64,000 nucleotides of DNA from Hydrolagus colliei (lineage: Eukaryota). The position numbers and the translations under genes are program-made. The stretch lies in contig CM068747.1 of the NCBI GenBank assembly GCA_035084275.1, positions 21,948,001 to 22,012,000 of the forward strand, written 5' to 3'. The number at the start of each line of letters is the position of its first letter. Position 1 is the stretch's first letter. This document shows positions 38,790-52,406 of this stretch, in pieces. Below the pieces are notes generated by a model. That model was not told the origin of the DNA. It saw only the letters and a program-made list of their open reading frames with translations, and made no database searches.

Positions 38790-41688
38790 TCAGCCATGAA
38801 AAGCATTGCATTTCAAGACAACCTGGAACCCTGTAGCTTTCTGTTCAACATTCAGTAATCATACACACCTCTGCCTCTACCATTGGCTTTTTATTAAGTA
38901 AACCTTTATTTTGATAAGAGCCCAGTGAAATGAATATAAGCCATTTTAAAAATCATCAGACCATAAGGTCTAAAAACGCTTTGTCAGTCTTAGAGAGAAG
39001 GCAATAATACATTACATTAGGATTAATCTATAAAGAACTTAGCCTAAATTCAATCACAAAGCTTTTCAAAACATATCGAGGCATCTGAAAGCTGTTTTTC
39101 ATATGCCTGGACACCAGTTGATACTCAATAGACGTAATCTGATATTTAATGTTTACACATTAGCATTTTTACAAGCTTTAAAACCCAATACCATGATTTC
39201 CGTGGTTTGGGCTTCAATTGCTAAGTCTAGCTGATATTGAGTTACAGAAATTTTGAGTATAGATCACCACAATTATGGAGCTTTTTTTAAATTCTATTGA
39301 GAATTTGGTGTGGAGTTTTTTTAAAAAACAACAGTGAACAATTGATTGAATTAGAAGAAAGAGAAGAACTAGAGACATATGGTAGAGATCAGGTTGTGCT
39401 ATTGTTTATCAAAGTCATGAAGACCGACATTTCTCATATTGTTCTTGAGTAAGTAGTGAGACATCCATTAACCTTGATCTTTTCTTTGGGGTAGGTATGC
39501 ATTTTCAAAAGGGTTGTATTGTTTTATAGATTGTTCGGGAGACATTCTACCTGGGTCTAGATTCACCTCACTTCATTTCACAGGTTATGCTTTAAAGTGG
39601 AATGATTGTGTGGCATTGGCCCACAAACAGCCATGAACTCAATGTCCAATTTTATTTGGGCAATTATTGGCGTGACGATGGAAGAAACTCCCTTATCTAA
39701 TCGTTAAGTCATGTCATAACATATTTACTAAAATCAAGTGTTTTAAAACCATCTAAATGTCCATGTTCATGCTTACAATTAGGTGCACTGGAATAACTGC
39801 TAAATGTATTGTACAAAAATACATGCATTAAACTCATTAAATGTTCTGCATGTCAATATTCAAAAGTGTGGTGTAGAATTGGCTGCATGTCCACATGAAT
39901 TAGCTGCCTCTCAAGATATGACAGGATATCATTGCTGTTGCACATTTTTAAAAAATACTCTTTGGTAACAATTAGTTTCTTCATTTTATTGTTTGGTCTC
40001 AGAAATGAATGAATCTTGTGAAATAACCCATCAATCTGAGCACAATGAAAAGCTTGCCTTGCATTTATTTTCTGTATCCGACTAAAGTCAGTAGTGTACA
40101 GTATGTCAAAAATACATTTGTACTGTTTGAATTGCCATGCAAGAACTTTGTACACCGATCAAACTTCAATTACCAGCGCAATTTAGATCTGCCAGAGGCA
40201 CAATCGTATCCTCATCTTATATTTATGTGTTCAATGCCCCTGCCAGGTAATAGCTGGATTTTCTCACTATGTAGATGTGTTTCAATGTGGCAACATTTGT
40301 AATTGTTCAGGTGCTATGAACACTTTCATAAAAGGGAACACTTTCTTGAACAGAACCACGGATCTTAACAAAAATGACACATAGCTTTCTTTCTATCTGA
40401 TTTTAATTATCATTGGGCTTCGATTCACCTAACAGTTGAGAGAATTGCATTTCACAAGACAGCTACAACTGGCTTTTATGCCAGATTCCTATTTTTCTCC
40501 CGATTGTCTGGTATGGCAGCTCTTTCAAGTACATACCGGTAACTCTTTTTTGTGATTTATCACAGACCATGCATGCATGAGTGTATGAGTGTTGTTCCAC
40601 CCCTGGTGGGACACTGATTAAATATCAGTTTTTCACCATGGCAAGAGAATTTATCAAACAAAATACATCTAAATGTTATTAAAAAAAAATTCCACCTTGT
40701 TTTTAAATATTATTCTTTTTTTTATCGCATTCAGTAAAAAAAAAGCCTTAGCTCGAAAATCAGAATATCAAATCAGAAATTGGATGGAAGTAATGCAGCG
40801 TTAACCTTGAAAAATCGTTCAGGTTAGCACTGTAGTTCGCCTGTGTTATTTGTGAAGCAGAGTATTTGACGCTATCCTTTCATGCAGCGGGAAATATGTT
40901 GCATCACTTTTGGTTAATAGTCGGATACATTTCACAATAATTAGGCACGTCATTCTTTTATTCCTTATTGCAAAGCCAAAAGCATAAATTGCATCCGGTT
41001 ACAGGACAGGATTCCATTAAATACTACCTTCTAGGTCAATGAAGGTACAGTACTTGTTTCTCGCTTGGGGAATAGGACATTTAGGGGGTGTTCAGTGTTT
41101 ATCACTCTGTCACTAAAATACAATTGAAATGTTCCTTTTTAAAAAAAAATTATCTCTGTCTCTGAACGTAGTTGGCATTATCTGAAACTCAGTAGGAAAC
41201 ATCAAACAAGATGCTCACAATACTACTGGGCATGTATTTGCAAGAAAAATCTCCCAAGTGTTTCTACGAAGAAGCATAAGGAATAGCATACACTTAATAT
41301 TATTAACATTCACAACACGTGAAAAAGTAATTAATTTTGTTTTTTTTTCCAACTTTCTCTCCTTGCATGTAATACAGGAACTACTGTATTGCATTTCAAT
41401 TGAGAATGGGTGGAATGGCTTTTAGGGAAATAATTCTCAACATAATGTGGGAATTCTCCAACTATAAAACAAATGAGTTATTGGGCAGCAGTATTATGGA
41501 AAAAAAACAATGTATTGTAAATGTTGAACAGCAGTTTTAAGACCTTTTATATAAGAGGAATAAAACAAATATAAAAAATTTTGGTTACATACATTTCAGT
41601 GTTCGTAACTGAAAAGATTATGCCCATTCACCTTTATGATGAAATAAGCAGAAGATGTGATTCCCTCTTAAAAACGGACCATTCTTTT

Positions 41689-42000
41689 GGAGTCCTGTAG
41701 CTCAGTGGTTGGGGAGAATTCACCCAGCAAATGAGACAGTTGGGTTCGATTCCCGATAGGGTGAAACCTTGGGCAAATTTCCTTACTCTACACACCAAAT
41801 AATAATCCCTCAAATAAAACAATAATAATTTGGTCACTCAATCCACGACTGTTTGTGGGACGCTGCTTTGCGCAATTGGCTGCCGCATTTCACCCACAAA
41901 TATACTGTCAATTCACTTCACAGTCTATTCTGTGAAGCGCTTTGAGATGTCTTGAAAACTTGAAAAGCGCTATATCAAATGCTAGGATTATTACTATTAT
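41689..42000 (+). mobile_element. CmiSINE-like SINE, full length
   Basis: GGAGTCCTGTAGCTCAGTGG, GGTTCGATTCC, core and tail. Confidence 0.9.
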
Positions 42001-44956
42001 AACTGCCAAGGTTTCAGCTAAAAGTTTAAAAATATACTACTCACGATTAAAAGTGACACTTCTTGAACACTCCGTATGAATGTTTAATAACCAGTTAATT
42101 CAAAATCTGACCTAAGTGGAGGTGACAGACTGAACCAACCTCGTTGAAAGTTTTTATCTTTTCAGTTACTTTGTTGGAATGATAGAGACTGTCACTCAGC
42201 ATAATTGCAACAAGGTTCCATAAAACATTTACCACTGGGTTCTGTGCCCACTCTGTGCTCGTTACCACATGCATGTTACCAAGTTTCACCTCTTCATTAG
42301 TGTGTCCCCCTCTCATTTAATTGCACGACCCAATGGTTTTTCATTGATTCTAGATTCTCAAAGCAAGGAAAGATCCACTAATACTGGCACAATTCAGGGA
42401 CTGAACGCTGAAACTTTCAAGACTTAACAGCCTGTGATTTTTGTTTCTTAACCTTGATCCAGAGAAAGGTTATTGGTGGTTCTTTCTTTACAAACACAAT
42501 ATGCTCCATTGCTTGCTTTCTGGAAATCGCAAGCGCTCAGAACAGCAATATCCGATTTGAGGAGATGGTTCCTTTTAAGAACCGCAGTGTTTCCCCATTA
42601 TCTTGGCCAAGAATATCCCCAACAAGATTAGCCATTCACTTCATGCCTGTTTGTGAATCATGACTTTGCCAAATTTTGACACTCCACTTTACAGTATATC
42701 CTGCAAAATGCTTTGAGATGTTCTTTCAATGTGAAAGATGCTCTATCAAATGCAAGGTCTACAGGTTTCCTTTCATCATGATTATCTGCATCGCAAACCT
42801 GAGAGCTTAAAACAAATGTAACGCATTTGAGTGAAGGATTGCATGTCAATGATGCAAGCATATATTGTTTGAACAAAATGTCTTAGCCTGTTGTTTGGTT
42901 CAGCGTACCAATTGTTCTTCTAGAGATAGGGTGGGCAGCAGTATTCTGATTTTGTCACGTGGAGGTATACTTTTTGGGAAAGCTATGCTTAAAGCGTTTG
43001 TACTGTAAGATTGTGAATTTTAGAGGAAATATTCATAGTCTGCAATATAGCTCAGGAATGAACTTTTTTTTAGTTTGGGGAAAGAAAATGAAAGGCAAGC
43101 GCTAAGCAAAACTGAGCTGGAAAAAATCTAGAAGATAAGTTGCACAGTTGACACCTTTCACCAATTCACCTGGAATTCTATTAGTGCTAAGTAAAACACC
43201 CGGTTTGATGTATTTGTACCTGGTAATAACCACATTTAACCAGCAGCTAAACAATTTTCCAGCTCTCTATGAGACAACAGGTTTCTATGAAAGGAATGAC
43301 ATCAAGTAAAAGAAATAGGTTGGCCGAATTATCAGCTCTAAACAACTCAATTTCTATTTTTCATTCCCAGTGCTAAGGTTGGTTGTAATAGTCCATCAAC
43401 TATCTGAGACCCTTTGTAATCCTTTAGTCAATGATTCCGACCCCAGCAATGCCTTGAAACTGAAAAGGTCTTTCCTTCATTGCAATCTGTCACGTGCTTA
43501 CTGATTAGGCAACATTCCTTCTGCGGTCAGCCAAGACAAGAGGTAGTATACTGCAACCAAATAGACTTTACCAGGACTCAAGCCCTCCAAACTCATTGAT
43601 AAGCCAGATAGGCTGATCAATTATCAGCACCTTGAGGAGCTGTGGATTTGCTCGACTCCTGTATCAAATCGTCAAATCAGTAACAAAGTTTGGCTTCACT
43701 CTTCCTTTGCCAGGCATGCCTTCTGAGTCAGCTTGATCCCACTTACCTTTATACCAGTTGAGGGGAGGTGGGGGATTCTGGCATGAAATGACAGTAATAA
43801 TGACATTTACATAGTAACAATTACATTTGCCTAAACTTCCGTGTAAACCGCTTACAGAATTCACAGAAGCTGTTGAAGCTGGACATTGGTACGCAGCAAG
43901 CAGCTGAGCACATCTAAGAATAGCATGAAATAAATATAAATTCAGCAGATAGATATTGCAAGGTCCCCCGGTGCTCAAGGCAAATCTGTTTCTCTTTTTT
44001 TCAATATTTGCTCCCGTTATTGGAATCTCCAAAGACCTATTGTCAACCATACAATGTGCTTTGGAATACTCATTGTGCACTCCCGTCCCTATACAGAGCC
44101 CTAGATGATTATGGCTAGAGTATTGGGGGCAGACATTTCCTAGGAGTGAAAACCTTGTGGGCCAGTTGATGAATGCATTCAAGTCACTTATATGGCAGAT
44201 ATATTCCCACAAGCATGGATTATGGAACTGTATTATAGAGACTTTCAGGAAGCAATGTGTAAAATATGGGATTAACTGTCAATATTCTAGTCACTCGCTC
44301 TGTCTTTGCCACTAACCCAAAGGCTACCGATATTAACTCGCTTGTTGTTATAGGTACTCCATGTACTTTGCAATTTTAGTTATGGGTTCCAAAGTGGGTT
44401 TGAAAGCACTTTAGAGAGGAGGCAATTCTGAGGCAAGTGATAGATTTTTTTTAAATGCTTCAATTTTAGACTTCAGGGTAGGACTGCATACAAAGCATTG
44501 GCTCTTTAAACCAGAAAATAAATGTTATCAGGATCCTTCAAAGTCATGTCTTTGGAATTTATTTTTGAAACTTTGATTGCTAATTCTGTAAGAAGTTCTC
44601 ATTTTAGATTTCCGAGAGACAGACTTTAAAATAAAAGTATAATGGTCTTTTAAACAAAAGTTATTATAAATGGATATACATTGGATCCTTGTCATTTTAT
44701 AGATTGTTGTAGCTTGCAAACTGAGTTTTTAATACAGAAACAGATTTAGTGTTTTAATGACCTGTGTTTATGTTTATCAGATATATGGCTTCAATTACAT
44801 TAGGTCTATTGAGAGAAGTGGCAGAATGTTTATGGATTAGTGCACATCTGCCACTGATGTGTGACCACATGATATTTGAATTCAGATACAGCCAAACCTC
44901 ATTGGGATACAACCATTTAAAGTGCACAAATGGAGGCCCTTATCTAAGATGGACAG

Positions 44957-45170
44957 GTACAACAACAAATTAAATTTGCATAGTGTCTTTCACATTGGGA
45001 GGATGTCCCAAGGTATTGGACAGTCAGGAATTTGACCTGATTGGAATCAGGAGGGTGGAGGGCAGTGAGGATAGGGTTAGGAGGGTGGCAGAAGGAGCAG
45101 TCAAAGAGGAGCGTGTTTAGGTATATCTTGAAGGAGGCAGGGGAGGGAGCCTTGGAAGTGAGCATCTTGA
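44957..45170 (-). mobile_element. L2 LINE 3' fragment
   Basis: ACAACAACAAATT..CTTTCACATTGGGAGGATGTCCCAAGG.. Confidence 0.75.
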
Positions 45171-46314
45171 AAATCCACTTCCTTGATCTTCGTTATTAAT
45201 GAATTTGATTCAATTTGGTCAAAGCCTATTACTCAAGTGGTCCGAAACACTACCCAATAGGTGTGCTATATAAATATAATGTTGTTGTTGTGTTCACTTT
45301 TCAATAAAAGAAAAAGATAGTGATACATTGGGCACAAATCAGTACTCAGGCACTTAGTACAAATAGATACTCAGACGCTTTGTAAAAATAAATATTTTGT
45401 AAAATAAATTCACAGAAGTAAGTTTTGAAATGGAAACAGAAATCAATACAGTTCTTTGTGCCAAAGTATTTTGTGATTGCTTCAGCAAAACTTTGTAATC
45501 TCTCATTAATCCGATATCAAGCATTCAAGGCATAACCTAGATCCTTCATCAAAGGCCGCTCCTCTGATTTTAAACCGTTTCTTTCATTAACAGATGCCTA
45601 TTGATTGATTTGACTATAAATGTTAAATGTATAATGCAACATGCATGGTGTTTCCAAAACAGATTAAATAGTCAGGCTAGAAACGCTAGTTACAATTTAA
45701 ATACGTGAGTGTCTTTGTTCAACGTTTGTCCTCGTTAACATGACAAAAAGTAACTGTCCTCTCTTGGGGATTGCAGAGCAGGGGAAGCTGTCGGGATCTC
45801 ATTTTAGCTGACCTGACTCCAAAATGATGTGCTTGCCAAATGAATATAGGAAGCAAGTCAACAAACTCTGTGTGGCAGTCTCAGTAGACCAATTCTTGAG
45901 ACAGGTCTACAGTAGTTCAGAGTATTGCTGATGAGAGACATGCCAGCCTGGATCATTAGCAGGACTAAGGGAGCAGGTATTCCACTAAACCCGAATGCCA
46001 AAGCCTTAATGGTCCATTGTGTTCTTAGCTGGACAAGCATCGTCAAATTTGCTAGATTAACATGTTAAAAAGTAGTCCACAAAAGCATCAGGAATGACCC
46101 CTAAGGCCAATGTTCCTGTTGCAGAATAAGAAAAGGTACACATTATTTTTATAAATTACGGAGAAATGTAGTGGAAGGTAAGAAATTAGAAACCCAATCA
46201 TTTAGCTTTACTATTGGGGTTGAACTGGAGATGTGCAATGTAGAGTTATGCCAGTACCCAAATCCAAACTTTGCACTCGGTTGACCAAGCACAATAAATA
46301 AATTTGGACTCTTC

Positions 46315-46597
46315 TCCTGTACCTCAGTGATTAGAGCACTCACCTTACAAGCGAGAAACTTGGGTTCGATTCCTTGCTCCACATACCTGATAAGTTTCCT
46401 TACTTACAGCACACCTGATAATAATCCCTCAATAAAAAACTATAATAAATTGGTCATTTTCATGACTGTCTGCTGTGTTTCGCCCACAATTATACAGTCA
46501 ATTAACTTCACAGTATATTCTGTGAAGTTCTTTGAGACGTCTAGAAGACGTGAAAAGCGCTATATCAAATGCAAGGATAATAATTATTATTATTGTT
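46315..46597 (+). mobile_element. CmiSINE-like SINE with an internal deletion in the core
   Basis: Head and tail intact; GGGACACTGCTGTGCGCAATTGG missing. Confidence 0.85.
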
Positions 46598-49567
46598 ACT
46601 TTAATTTCCAAGGAAATTCTCAAAGCCTCAAGTAGGACTTCTCTTAAGAAATAATAATAATAATATAAACAAATAATACTTTTTTTTACAGTGGTTAATA
46701 TTTAAGCAAATATTTAATTCTCTTTCTTGTTCTGAAAATGCTAATCCTGTGTGCCGATATACAGTATCAAACTGGGCGGATTTGTTCTGTAATTTCGCAC
46801 CCCTGACATGAGTTGCTCATTGTCTCTTCACATCTGCAGCAGCACCCACCCATTGTTTTTTGTTAGCGAGAAGCTTTTCACCTCTGCTGTCACCTCACCC
46901 TCTGCGCTGTCAGCTACTTCGGATAAAGACAATCTAGGAACTAAAAGTAACTTCGTTCATACATAATCTGAACTAACAGAGAGTCGGAGATGAATTTTGA
47001 ATGTGTGGGAGACCAGGCCTGATGTTTCATCCACAATTGATTCCAAACATTCTTTTGTTCCGTGTGCAATTATCCGAAACGCAGATTATTTTCAAATGCA
47101 GAATAAAAGAATCAGATAATCGATTTTAAATTGAGATTGTGTACTCTAACTCACTCTTGAATTATTTTGTTTAGGTCAAAAATATTTCTTTTCAGAGTTC
47201 TTTTTATAGATACTGTATCTCAGTGGGTTTTCTTGTAGTTGTAGTCAGTGCCTTAGGACGTCTTCCTGACGTGAAAGGCACTCTAGAAATGTAATTTTGT
47301 TGTTGTAGTTGAAAGTGAATCACACTGATACTTGGGTAGACTCCATATTATGTCTTTCAGCGTTCAGCTGCAAATATACTGTCACTACACTTCACAGCAA
47401 AAATCCCGTGAAGTGCTTTGAGATGTCTTGATGTTGTGAGAAGACATAATGTCAAATCTAAGAGTTATTGTTATTAATAGTCTTACTGCACCCAACCTCC
47501 ATGACCTGCTTCAGCCCTAATTATCCAGTCACTCCCTTTGCTCAACAAAAACTTGCAGCCCTTCTGTCCACACTCTCTAGAACACAATCCTGGTGTCCCT
47601 ACGATTCGCTCCTTCCTTAATCTGTTTCAAGACATATCTCAAAACCTACCTCTTTGACCGCACACCCAGTCATCTTTCCCCTCCCCAACCCTCTTGGCTC
47701 CCATTCACAGCTTAGGTGCCCATCAAGCAACATGAAGTTCTTTGAGATATCTGCCTGATGTGAAAGGTGCAAAATAAATGTCAATTATATAATAACTCTG
47801 TTAAGTAATACTGCAAACAAGACCCCAGCTGATAAATTTGGTGTTCCATAGTTTTGGTATGGCATTCTTCATGCTGTGATTATATATCCGAATCTTTAGT
47901 TGAGATACCTTATGAGCTGCTTTCTTTGAAACATACAACTGCAGAACATATCTATATATATATATATAACAGTCTAAAGACTCTGCAACCAAATCTGAAG
48001 TGGTGGCTACTTGTGTGGATACAGCAAAAACTGTAACTTAATCGTTAAACATTTCCTTGGTACCAATTGTGGATCATCAGGAAGCTTTGTGCTGTGGAAA
48101 CACGCTTTCCTTTGGCAATTTCCTTTTCACATTTGGCTTTTGTTCACCATTACCCTTTCTACCCACAATTCTGCTGCGTTTTGTTGCCTCTGGGCCTCGG
48201 GGGAGACATCATTCCTGACCTCCCTTTATATGCTGTGAAGTTACCTGCCACATGTATTTATCCACCGGGTTCGAAGAAAACATGCTTGTGCGCATCATTT
48301 AGTGAAGCTTTGACATTCTGTGTCAGCGCAGTACATTGCGATTAATCAAGTAAAATCTTTCAAACTGCAGGTGACTCTATGTAATCAGATCAGCTTAGTG
48401 CACAACATCCATCAGTTACATGACAAACTCAGTACCAAACTGCAAAAACAGAATTGCACAATCATAAAAGGTTGCAACTTGAGTTACCTGGATCTAGATT
48501 GGAGAGGAAAAATAAAATCAACACTGGCGTTTTTCTTAATGATTTTGAAATACATTTTTCTGACAGAATCTTTCAGAAACCCCTGGACATTTCCGCAAGC
48601 ATTTAACCCTTCTATCTGAAATGGTGATACACTCAAAGAATGACAATTGCATCCTAGTGTTAGTCTTGAGAGTTCAATCCCAACTCATATTTATTTATTG
48701 GCAGGGTCCGGTCACATAATGGTTAAGGCTCTCACTTCATAAATCCATTCTAATACATTTTTTGGTAGGGATGGATGACACATGCAGAAACCCATTGTAA
48801 CAACAACAACAAATTACATTTATAGAGCCCCTTTCACGTCGGGAGGACGTCCCAAGGCGCTAAAGAATTTCAGGTTTAAGAGCATCCCTATCAAACTGAG
48901 AATTCCATGCATCCTACCTACACATGGAAATCTCAGTTTGGCGAGCTTTCCTAGTGCTTGATCAGCAAGGACCATCCTTTTCAGGATTAACAGGAGCTGA
49001 GTGGAAGGATTCCCTGCATCCAGTTAATGGTCTGCCCTTCCAGGTCCTGCTGATGAAACAAGCTGGCTGTGCTGTTATCTGCAGTGCCCTGTAGTACTGT
49101 GGATTTGAGCCTTCACTAGGTGGGTGGTAGGTATCAGGAACTCCCTGCGAGCCTCTTGGTCGGAAATACAGCTCAGCATGAAATTCATCTGAGCATTGCC
49201 ACCATCGTCCTGTCTGCAGCTCGGGCACACTTGCCTTCCCATTGAGCGACGTTTCTAACAGTTGGAGGAGTAGTTCTGATAGTTTGTGACAGTGACACGG
49301 GATTAATTTACAATGTTTGATGTGGCACTTCACTTTAGGGAAAATATGACAGTCTGGTTGCTAAATCCCACAGATGAAATGCATTTGGGATCCTCGGGGC
49401 AGTACTGCTGCTATCACAAAGAAGCTCAGCATTAGCATTGTTGCTGTCAATAAGTCAAAATGAGCAGCTATGAGGACTTGGGTTCCACTCCAGTTCAGTT
49501 TTCGTTTTACTCTCTTGCTGGTTACAAACTGAAATGATTTTGCATGGTCTGAATCCAGTCCCCAGTC

Positions 49568-49970
49568 ACAACAACAACAACAAATTTACATTTATAGAGC
49601 ACTTTTCATGTTGGGAGAATATCCCAAGGTGCTGAATAGTCGGGGGTCAGGAAACGAGCATAGTGGTGGGTGGCGGGGTTGGGATGAGGGAGGGCAGAGA
49701 TGCAGGGGGTGGCTGAAGCCACAGATGAAAAGGAGGGTCTTGAGTCAGGCCTTGAAGGAATCAAGGGACCGAGTAAGGCAAAGGAATTGTGTGATGGGAG
49801 TTCCAAAGGGCGGGGGCTGAGAGGTTGAAAGCCCGGCCATCGGTGGTAGAGCAGGTTGGGCAGGAAACATGGGACAGGCCGGAGCCTGCTGAATGGAGGG
49901 AGTGAACAGGGATGTGGAGGGCCTTGAAAGTGAGGACAGGGATTTTGAATTCTATCCACTGGGAATTTTA
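49568..49970 (-). mobile_element. L2 LINE 3' fragment
   Basis: Reverse-complement similarity to 4850-5261. Confidence 0.85.
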
Positions 49971-50181
49971 TGGTCACTGTGAACCTAAAGGGAAAGAATC
50001 AAACCATTTGGCACAAAACAGATGTAGCAATGAGTTCCAAGGTCGAACTTGGAGTTTGAAACCACAGCCTTCTGATTCAGAGGTGAGAGTGCTGCTAGGC
50101 TGACACTCATAGAATGTTTGAAGGATTTTGGTTTTGAAGTGTTCTATGAAGCTTGCAAGTAAAAAATAAAAAGCCCAATTA

Positions 50182-50528
50182 CAGTAAAAGCCTGTTTATC
50201 CATGACCCAATCAACTATAACTTCCGTATAACCGGCACCTCAAAAAAAAATCCCCATTCGAATAACCGGATCTTATCCGGCACAATCGCGGTGGCGCATT
50301 TAATGAGTCGATTGTCGCTTGAGAGTACAGTACGATTAGTTCTGAATGCTGCCGATAGTGGCACTTCCAGTTTTTTCTCTTAAAGCGGCGCTGTCGGTTT
50401 TTCCTCTTAAAGCGGCACTGTCGGTTTTTCTTCTCCCTCTCTCCTTTTTCTCTTTCTTCCTCTTTTTCTTTCTCTCTCTCCCTCTCCTTCCTTCTTCTCT
50501 ATCTCTCCCTCTCTCCCTCGCTCCGTCC

Positions 50529-50572
<44 letters not shown>

Positions 50573-51182
50573 TTCTTTCTTTCTTACAGATACTATGTAT
50601 TGCCTATGTAGCCTGACTGTATCATGGGTTTATACACTGTTTTGGTGGGGGGGCGGGGTGGGAGAAGGAGAGAGAGGCAGGGAGAAAGAGGGTGGAGGGG
50701 GGAAAGAGAGAGGTGGGAGAGAGGAGGGGAGAGAGAGAGAGAGGGGGTGAGTTGATTAATTAAGATGGAAAATGAGAGGAGTGGACAGGGGTTGGGTTTG
50801 GAGCCATTGAGATGCCAGACTGACTGTGACTGTGAGTGTGAGTGTGTGTATGTGTATGTGTGTGAAAGAGAGAGCATGGGAAGGAGGGAGAGAAAGAAAG
50901 AAAAAAAGAGGAAAAAAACAACAGTACTGCTTTAAGCTACTACCGTCTGCCATTGTAGAAGTTTGCTTTGTGATTGTGTGCTGTTTTTATAGATTGCATT
51001 CAATATTTATTGCTTTATTGGTAAAAGTATCCATACAATATTCTATTATTATTTAGTCTATTATTAATATGGTATGTTTAAAAAAAGTTTTAAAAAATTG
51101 TGTTGGGTTTTCTTCCGAATATCCGGCGTGCCGTTTAACCGAGGCCAGGTCCCGAGGGTGCCGGATAAACAGGTTTTTATTG
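50182..51182. mobile_element. Non-autonomous Tc1/mariner (Tigger/pogo-like) DNA transposon, about 1.0 kb, filled with microsatellites
   Basis: TIRs CAGTAAAAGCCTGTTTATCC / GGATAAACAGGTTTTTATTG with flanking TA (50180-81 and 51183-84); CpG-rich subterminal ATCCGG/ACCGG motifs; internal CT-rich, (TCTG)n, GA-rich and (TG)n tracts. Confidence 0.82.
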
Positions 51183-52093
51183 TACTTGGTCATGTCATAG
51201 CACTGTTGACCATGGAAGCACAAATTCAGATAGATTTCTGTTAGGAAATAATATTTTGGGATATTAGAGGTGGGGACATGACATATCATGCAACTGCCAG
51301 GATGATGATAAGTGAACTGAATGGACTTTGGTCTTCTTTTGCCAGCAAATTTTTATGTTGAAGCATGAATCTCAGCCTAACCTCCAGCTGTGTTGTGTGG
51401 GGGGTGGGAGGTAGTTTGGGTTCGGTTTATAAATACCCTATTACATTTTTAGGTTTCTGTTCTGTTCACAAATAAACCCTGGGAGTAAATGCATTAAGTT
51501 CCATTTAATTTTACATCTATTCGCTGTACTATTTGTAAGAAACCTAAGCAAAACAATTAAGACTTCTCAGCACTTGGCTATAAATTAAATCCAGCTCAGC
51601 AAACCGAACACAAACTGCAGTTTGTTGTTCAGATGTTGTTTACTGAAGCGAGCAAAGCTTTACAAGTTAATTGTCCATTAAAGCCCTTCTCAAGCTTTTG
51701 ACATTTTACCAGAATACAAGAGTATGAACTGCCGTTCGGCAGGGTCTAACTCCAGGAACAATTGGGATGTTTAGTTCAAAAATGGTTCATCTTCAGATTG
51801 ACAATGGGAATCCCTGGTCAAACAATGCACTTATCTCAGAGTGCAGAAATGCTCTTGGGTAGAAACTGGTACCAATCCAAACAGATGACATGAGCCATCT
51901 CTGCTACAGTTTGTACCAATTTACCGTTACAAGCTCACAAGAGTTGAAGTACTGTAACGTATAGCGGCTGTGTAGTTTGCTGGTGAAGCTACCGCAGTTA
52001 GGTAGACCATCAGATTCCTTCACTTCCAAGCTGGCATTTGGCTTTGCTTTTCAGCTCATCACAAGGAGAATGTAAATCATCCTATCTCCTACT

Positions 52094-52406
52094 GTCCTGT
52101 AGCTTAGTGGTTAGAGCATTCGCCTCGCAAGTGAGAGACCTAGGTTTGATTCCCAGGGCAAAATGCTGGGCAAGTTTCCTTACCCCATAAGTCTCTGTTT
52201 ACCTAGAATTAAGTAGGAACCCAGTTGTTAGTCATTTGGTAGATCTCTTTTCCGGGGGTAATAATTCCTTTTTAAAAAATTGGTCATTTCAACCCAAGAT
52301 TGTTTGTGGGATACTGCTGTACCAAATTGGTTGCAAAATTTCACCTACAAAATACAATCAATTCGCTTGCAAAGCGAGTGCTCTAACCACTGAGCTACAG
52401 AATTCC
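52094..52406 (+). mobile_element. CmiSINE-like SINE, long subfamily, with the tail replaced by an inverted head (52364-52406)
   Basis: Extra segment CTCTGTTTACCTAG..GTAGGAACCCAGTTGTTAGTC; ends in GTGCTCTAACCACTGAGCTACAG. Confidence 0.8.

Noticed and set aside
43664-44212. 182-aa minus-strand ORF containing CYYVNVIITVIS, faintly like ZNF804A exon 1 (MECYYIVISS)
   Set aside because: No following HLSNGHFRNIKGVFRGP-like sequence, no suitable ATG or donor; chance similarity
48962-49333. GC-richer 123-aa minus-strand ORF in intron 1
   Set aside because: No ATG start, no recognisable motif and no convincing splice sites; cannot be supported without a homology search
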